Assembly (NCBI GenBank): GCA_047495785.1
Contig: JBLDXI010000007.1
Location: 2,356,001-2,420,000 of the forward strand
DNA: 64,000 nt
Direction of reading: 5' to 3'
Origin: Lepidodermella squamata
Lineage: Eukaryota; Animalia; Gastrotricha
Each line of letters opens with the position of its first letter. Position 1 is the first letter of the stretch. This document shows, in pieces, positions 57,501 to 64,000 of this stretch. The translations under genes and the position numbers were made by a program. The notes beneath the pieces are model-generated. The model made no database searches. It was given only the letters and a program-made list of their open reading frames with translations, and was not told the DNA's origin.

Positions 57501-59087
57501 TCGGGTGCAAAATATTTCACTTGGGTATCGGGAGGAAAATTAGGGAGGAAAATTCTCAAATAATTTGAATATGTATTTTCGGGCTGATAATGTTTATTTT
57601 TCCAAAATTTAGAGTGACTGCGCCGATAACGAGAATCGATACAAGTATTTCACTGCAAATCACGACCGTCCTCACAATCCGAAAACCGTGGACTTCATTC
57701 GAAAACGGCACTCACTTTGGTTACCAAATGATTCGGTAAAAAATATTCAATAATATTCACCAATTTTTCCATTTTTAATTTTCTTTAGCAATGTTTAGCA
57801 TTGGATGACGCGAAAAAGTACCCTTCAAGCCAGCGATCGTGTATTGCCTCCTTTTTCGGCCTACAAAATCGTGGAAAATTACGTCGATGTTTGTCGCAAT
57901 TCGAACTCGCAATGCCGCATTACGTTAACAACGATAATGAAAAATCCGCCTTAATAAAACCCAAGCCGTCACTCTCGACCCCATCGTCGCCGAAATCGAA
58001 AAAAGCGACGTTTGTTTCAGTCAACAGGCCGCCGCCGGAATTGACACCGGAAGAGCTGACGCTGTGCCATTTGCGTAACATGCTAGCCGCCTTTCAGTGG
58101 CGAACTAGGTCATGCGATGACCCAGCCGATTTGCGCCGGCTAATTGCCGAGTACGCCGACCGCTGCTTTCGAGAGACTGGAAGTGGCTCTGTTGCGCATT
58201 TAATGACCCAATTTCCGCCTGCAATGCCGCCGTCGACGGCAATAATCTACCCGACGTACGTGCCATCGCCATCAGGTCAGACGTCGCAGCAGAAAAAACG
58301 GGTCACGTTCAAAGAAAGTGGTAGCGGCGGTGGTGGTGAGTCATCGTCTGTTTCAGCGTCAACGCCGTCTTCGCCCTGCCCGTCATCGCCTGCGAGTTAT
58401 CAACATCGGCACATACCTAGTTCTTATTCGACAGTTACAGGTTTTTGCGCCAATATAATTTGGTTTTTTCTCATTATGCAGGAACACCACTTGGTCAGCA
58501 AATCACAAGATGAGAAATTTCATGACTATTCACAATTTTTAGAAAATTTGGGGTTTTTTGGGAAATTCCTAATTTTGTGAGAAAATTACAGAAAAAATAT
58601 AGAAAAGAAAGAAAAAAGTCATACCTACGATGGGCATTTCTCCGATAATTTAAAAATTAGAAAAAAAACAAAAAAAAATAAAATAAAAATATAAACATTT
58701 TCCTTTGCTTTTTCAGCGCTGAGGCAGTATAAGCAGCAGCAACAACAGCAGCACCACGTGATTAGCATGCCGCCTGGGTCGGCAGGCGCATCATCCTCGT
58801 CATCATCAGCAGCTCGGGTAAGGCCGCGTGCCACTGAAAACGTAATTTGGACGGGACTGAAGAAATTCTTCTCGCCGCTTAACAGCAGGCCGTCGCGACG
58901 GCGCTTTCGGCGAGCCTTAGACCACGATAGCAACAGCTGGCGAACGACGCGAGGTGGCGGCGGCGGTGGCGGGGGTGGAGGCGGACGAGGCGATTCGAAT
59001 GGCGAAACGAGCGCGAGACTGACATCGGGCGGCATGTCGGCGATGATGCTGTTCGGACGAGCTTCGTCAAGCCACACCTATGAATAA
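54597..59087 (+). CDS. Multi-exon single-pass membrane protein with Thr-rich ectodomain and low-complexity cytoplasmic tail
   Basis: ORFs 54886, 55333, 57801 and 58758 have splice-compatible ends. TM AMIVPAVGAVILAFIIAMLLISLAV is followed by RKRR. The first exons are uncertain. Intron 55801-57612 hosts the RNA gene cluster. Confidence 0.6.
55974..56055 (+). tRNA. tRNA-Leu: tRNA-Leu (TAG), intronic
   Basis: Same sequence as 7972-8053. Confidence 0.97.
56126..56197 (+). tRNA. tRNA-iMet: Initiator tRNA-Met (CAT), intronic
   Basis: Same sequence as 7282-7353. Confidence 0.97.
56314..57531 (+). pseudogene. U1: U1 snRNA copy interrupted by a retrotransposon and lacking most of SL4
   Basis: U1 nt 1-48 lie at 56314-56361. 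U1 resumes from nt 33 at 57422 and matches the intact copy up to GGGTATCGG (57531). Confidence 0.92.
56362..57421 (+). mobile_element. 5'-truncated non-LTR retrotransposon (Jockey/I-group-like RT C-terminus)
   Basis: Motifs FADD, W...W.L..S..KC, KYLGVTFD, VRPVLEY and LQN..LR.I; stop at 57105; AT-rich 3' UTR; AATAAA at 57394; A tail; 16-bp TSD AACAAGTCGGTCGCCC. Confidence 0.93.
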
Positions 59088-59801
59088 CGGAAAATGATGT
59101 GGCAAGTGCTCACCCTAAAAAAATTAATTAGGGTTACCTCGCTTAATTTGCTTAATTTGAGGCTCCCGCACTAAATTTGCTATGGCTTTCGATTTTATGT
59201 GATCGATTTATCGAAATAACCAATATCGAGTTAGGTTATCGATATTGAGTTTTCTTTATCGATATAAAAAATCGTGATTTTTCCGATATTACTTATCGAT
59301 GTCGATAGGCAATATCGATTTCGATCATTGGATAAAAATGATAAAAATTTCCTGAGGATGTCAGGTAGCTAAAAAACCCATCGATCAAGAAGATCAAGAA
59401 AATGGGGAAAAAATCTGGTTAATTGCTGGAACCTCAAATTTAGTAGTGCAAATATTCGACTCCAATGCAGAGGAGAACATTTTGACTGATATCTTGCTCA
59501 CATTTTTCATTCGTTAATTAGTTTAATTTTTACTGTTCGTCCAGTCTCTGTTTCTTCGATGAAAAATAATTATTCTTCTTGCTTTTTGCTTCTCGCTTCA
59601 CACCCTTGTAGTCTTATCTCTATTTACTTGGACGAGAGGACGAAAGATAAGGGAGTCGCATTTTTTGCATCACCCCATACGTGTGCCATTCTCAGGTCAT
59701 GACTTCATCATTTTCAGGTGTGAGATTTTTTACATTGCTATAATAAAACATGACTTCTTAATCATTAAACAATTTTTTCGTAGAATTTTACAGGCAAAAA
59801 A

Positions 59802-61726
59802 ATGCATTTTAAAATATTTTTGTTGATTGCGGCTGTTTCGCTTTTCGATCTCATCTCAGCGCATCGAAGCCATGGCAGCGATCTTGAGAAGGTATTGAAA
59901 AACTATCGGAGGAGGGAGCTGGGACGGGCTGGGTCGTATGCGCGATTTCCAGGCCGCAAGACCGAGTTTGAAAAGCTGGAATTTCCTCCAAAGCACGATC
60001 CTGAAGTCGACATGGACGTTAAGCAACTGATTGAAAGCAAGGGCTATCTATTCGAAGGTATTAAATCTAGCTTTTTCGATCTTTGAGTTACACATTTTCC
60101 TATTTTTTAGCCCACAACGTTACAACCGATGATGGGTACATTTTGACTGTTCACCGAATTCCTGGAAAGAAAGGTGTTGATCCAACATCTCGGCCTGTTA
60201 TTCTTCTCCAACATGGCCTTCTTTGCGACTCAAGTTTCTGGTAAAAATTGAAATTGTTATTAAAAAAATGTTTAAAAATTATTTTAATTAGGCTCCTCAA
60301 TTTAGTGGATCAAAATTTGCCTTTCATGTTGGCGGATCAAGGCGTTGGTTAGTTCTCTAACAATTTCAAATTTTTGTTCATTTTTTTGCCAATTTTTTAA
60401 GATGTATGGCTCGGTAATAATCGCGGGAATAGATATTCAATGCACCATAAAACTTTGAAGAACGACTCGTCCGCATTTTGGAATTTCTCGTGGGATGAAA
60501 TGGCAGTATACGACCTACCAGCAATGCTAGGCTACATCAAAACCACGACAAAAGCCAGCCAGTTGCACTACGTCGGCCATTCTGAAGGCACTATGATCGG
60601 GTTCGCCGGTTTTCCGCAGATGAATAGCGAATTATTGGCTTCGATTAAGAAATTCTACGCGCTAGCTCCGGTTTCTTCTGTTGGTTACGTTAAGTCGCCG
60701 ATTAGGATTCTGGCTCGGTTTACGGATCAGCTGGTTGCGATTTTGGGTGACAAAAGTTTCTTGGATGACCCGAATGGATTCTTCAAATTTTTGGCCGAAA
60801 CTGTTTGCACGTTCCATAAAAGTAAGTTTAAATATTTTGCAAATTTTAAACCATTATTATAGACAGAAATAAGCCTTATCGGGACTCTAGATTCAAGCTT
60901 CCTAGTAAAAAATCTGAGAAAAAATCCGGAAAATATTTTTCAAAATCGTTTTAGTTTTCGATAGGGAAACAAAGCTTAATACTAAAATTGAGATTCCAGG
61001 AAACTTCTAATATCGGAAAAATCACTGATTTGTAAAATCGATACTTGGAATCGATATCGAATTGCATTCTGAGGAAGGCAGGAAGCACGATATCCAACTA
61101 CAATATTTTGGGAAAATCTAGTGCTGGGACCCTACATTTGGGGGTTTCCACATGGCACACCCATTTTGAATGAATATCTTGGCTCTAAAGTATCACACAG
61201 AATAGTTCAAGCCCTCATCTCTGATTTGATAATTTTTCCTCTCAAACCAGCTGATCCATTGTGTGCAAATATCATGTTCATGATTGCCGGATTTGATACA
61301 GCGAATTTGAACACCTCGAGGACGCCAGTTTACGTGGCACACACGCCCTCGCCAACCTCCGTGAAGAACGCCGTTCACTTCGCGCAAATGGTTGGCTCGC
61401 ACGAATTCTGCGCCTATGACTACGGCTCACCTCAGGCCAACATGGCCCACTACAACCAATCAACACCACCCGTTTACGACCTATCCTCAGCCACCTATCT
61501 CCACCCGCCTGTCGTAGCCTTCACGGGCGGTAATGATTGGCTGGCTGATCCTAGGGATGAATTGAAACTGCTCAGCCAGTTGAGGCAAACTGATGGTGCT
61601 AGAAAGGGCCAGTCGGCTCTTATCGATTGGGTGAATATTGACAAGTACAATCACTTGGACTTTGCTTGGGGCTTGGATGCCAATCGGTTGATTTTCGACT
61701 ACATTGTTAAAGATGTTTTTCAATAG
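59802..61726 (+). CDS. Acid lipase (lysosomal/gastric lipase family)
   Basis: Signal peptide and multi-exon structure. Motifs [38 protein letters not shown] (catalytic Ser), DWLADP (Asp) and YNHLDF (His). Confidence 0.93.
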
Positions 61727-61925
61727 ACAAGTTGAAACTGTTAACCTTATTCAATCTTCAGTCGTTGATTTTTTCGCATACGGATGTGAGTGTTTTTGAT
61801 TTTTTACGTTTCGAACTTGGAAATAAAATGAACAATGTAATACTGTTTATTTTGAAATATTTAGAAAGAAATCAACTTAATACGATGACCAGAACCTATA
61901 AAAGAAAGCGCTTTTCAAATGAAAT

Positions 61926-63494
61926 TCATTCGTCCGAAAAATAGACGGAGCAAGCTCGCCCTTGGCCACTCATGATACCAGCCTCGCCTTCACCTTCAGG
62001 TTTGCATCTCAAAAAGTAACCCATAGCTTCAGATTGCTGAACCTGTCCATCTACCGCGATAAAGCCGCCGTAGATTCCAAGTTCGCCCGCGTATTTTGTG
62101 ATTGATACATTGTCGGGAGATTCACCGGATGCGACACTGATGTTTGGCAGAAATGGAGGTCTTATCAAGCTCATCAGCACATAATTTTGCCTATCAGGCT
62201 CATTCCGAATTTCGTGTAACTTTCGGCGGATATCCTCGCCGAAGTAATTGTTGCCACCACCTTCTTTCATCGGTTTCAGAACGAAATCCTCAGGTTTAGA
62301 GATTCCTTGATCAATAGCTGCATCTCCAACTTCGCCTAGTTCAAGGCCATGCATTTCAGCGAAAGTTGACCTCATCCTCGCCATGGAATCAGCATTCATC
62401 CCGAAGTGTTCGAGAACACCAGGTTTCGCTAGAACTTGCTGGATCTTCTTGTAATTTGCCAATTGGTGCGCGACACAAGGCGACTTAGCTGCTCGGCTGA
62501 GTTCGATTGGCCGCCGAACTAGGTCCCAATCTCCGTTAACCCAATCGTAATTTTCTTCGTTGTAGCCTGTCCTGTAATAGACTACTGCGATTTCATGACC
62601 TTCGACCGACAGCCGCCCAGATATGATCACTTCCTCTCGGTTGATCGAAGACCTTAGCTCAGCAAAAGTCCTCCGCATGGTCTGGATAGTGCCGTCAGCT
62701 TCGCGAATCGCTAACTCAATCCATCGTTGTTCGAAGACATTTCTCGCAGGATCGTCAGCAATAATGAGAACCCATTTTTCTTGACATGCAAATATTTCAC
62801 AGTACTTGTTCACCGCCTCGGCCATCATGCAGCCTTGGGCTTTGTATGGTTCATTTTTACGTCCACCAGGCAGCCTCATCGGCTCTGCATCTTGCGAAAA
62901 GACTTGCTCAACGAAGAAATCGTGCCATTTGTTCACCTTTGATTGCATGGCCGACCCTCCAACAGCTATCATATTGTACTCGACCTGTTTTATCTGAAGT
63001 CGTTCGTTCGTTTTATGGAGCATGTAATCATTTCGGCTCAAGGCGATGTACAGTTTCGTTTGAGGCTGATTGTAAGCTTCTTCGTATAGACTCCACAGTT
63101 TTCCGGTGAAACTGTCAGTTTTTATAATGTTCTCCAAGTTGTTGAATAGGAATTCCCGGTCAAGAGAAACTGCGTGGATAAGACGCTGAAATGATCAAAA
63201 TCTGAGCAGTTCGAAATAAGAAAATAAGTTTACATGGAAATCAGTCTCTATCTGGTAAACTAATTCGAAAAGCCGTTGTGGGAATGGCATTGGGAACAAT
63301 AGGAAGGGATAGTTTAAAGCAGTATTGCTCGAGTTGGGGTCTTCACGAGTCCTTAAAAGGCCGCCATGGAGCATGACAAATTCTTTTGCCATTAACATGA
63401 TGTCTCGCAGCTGACTTTTCGACATGGTTAGCTTAGTCTTGTTAGGCAGTCTCAGAACCAGCTGCTGATCCGACTCGAAGGCTAGGATCTCCAT
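61926..63494 (-). CDS. GSS: Glutathione synthetase (eukaryotic ATP-grasp type)
   Basis: Two exons (intron ~63231-63184). Motifs RNDYM, KQVEYN, YYRTGY, KKIQQVL, VLKPMKEGGGNN, ELGIYG and EAGIMSG. Confidence 0.95.
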
Positions 63495-64000
63495 TGTTTC
63501 AGGTTTATTGATTTGCGTCTGAGAGTTTTAAGGAGGCTAGGAATATATCTGAATTATATTGCCGAGTCGAATTTAATTAAAACCGGCGCTTTGCTTACAA
63601 TGATCAATAGAGTAAGGTGGTCGATTTTTCTCATGAAATTGTACCGCGGACTTGTAATGTAAATAATTTGCTCTGAGCCCTACAGCGACATATCATGTTG
63701 TATTCTATAGGTAGGTATCAGCAATTAGTTGCGGTCGAAACAAACTCTACTGCACGATTAATTATTTATGCTGAACTTATTATTCGTGGAATAACAGCGC
63801 AATAATCGCAAAAAAATTTACTCCGGAATAGCGGAGGAATAGCGATCTCGTATGTATTGACCTCACTATTGTCGTGCTCCCACTTCTGTAATTAAGCGCA
63901 TTAGAGTTGGTGAATTACATTACGCGTTATAAAATATAAAATACTGGGTTAAATTATAATTATTTTGATATTATTGGAAGTGGGATTTTGAGCGCTAAAT

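Noticed and set aside
1-64000. CRISPR arrays, operons or other prokaryotic systems
   Set aside because: The DNA is intron-containing and eukaryotic; no regular repeat-spacer array was seen.

Overview
Eukaryotic genomic DNA from an invertebrate animal, judged by short AT-rich GT-AG introns and the gene families present; the U1 5' end AAACUUACCUG is nematode-like, but the taxon cannot be fixed from sequence alone. Protein-coding content: a metallothionein-like gene; a CCP(Sushi)-trypsin protease next to a catalytically dead CCP-protease homolog; a signal peptide-CCP-ankyrin gene; a dispersed cluster of GABA-B-like class C GPCR genes with intronless coding regions (3 complete, 1 ectodomain-only, 1 deleted pseudogene); two divergently oriented permuted papain-like (NlpC/P60-type) genes; a 7-exon Cys-loop ion channel fused to two lectin-like domains and a mucin stalk; a 2OG-Fe(II) oxygenase; an acid lipase; and glutathione synthetase. 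Mobile DNA: an apparently intact Mutator (MULE) transposon and many MITEs. Two introns each hold tRNA-iMet, U1 snRNA and tRNA-Leu genes. In the second, U1 is split by a 5'-truncated poly(A)-tailed non-LTR retrotransposon with a 16-bp target-site duplication. The strongest leads are this possible U1-targeting retrotransposon and the lectin-mucin-pLGIC fusion. All calls were made by eye, without searches.
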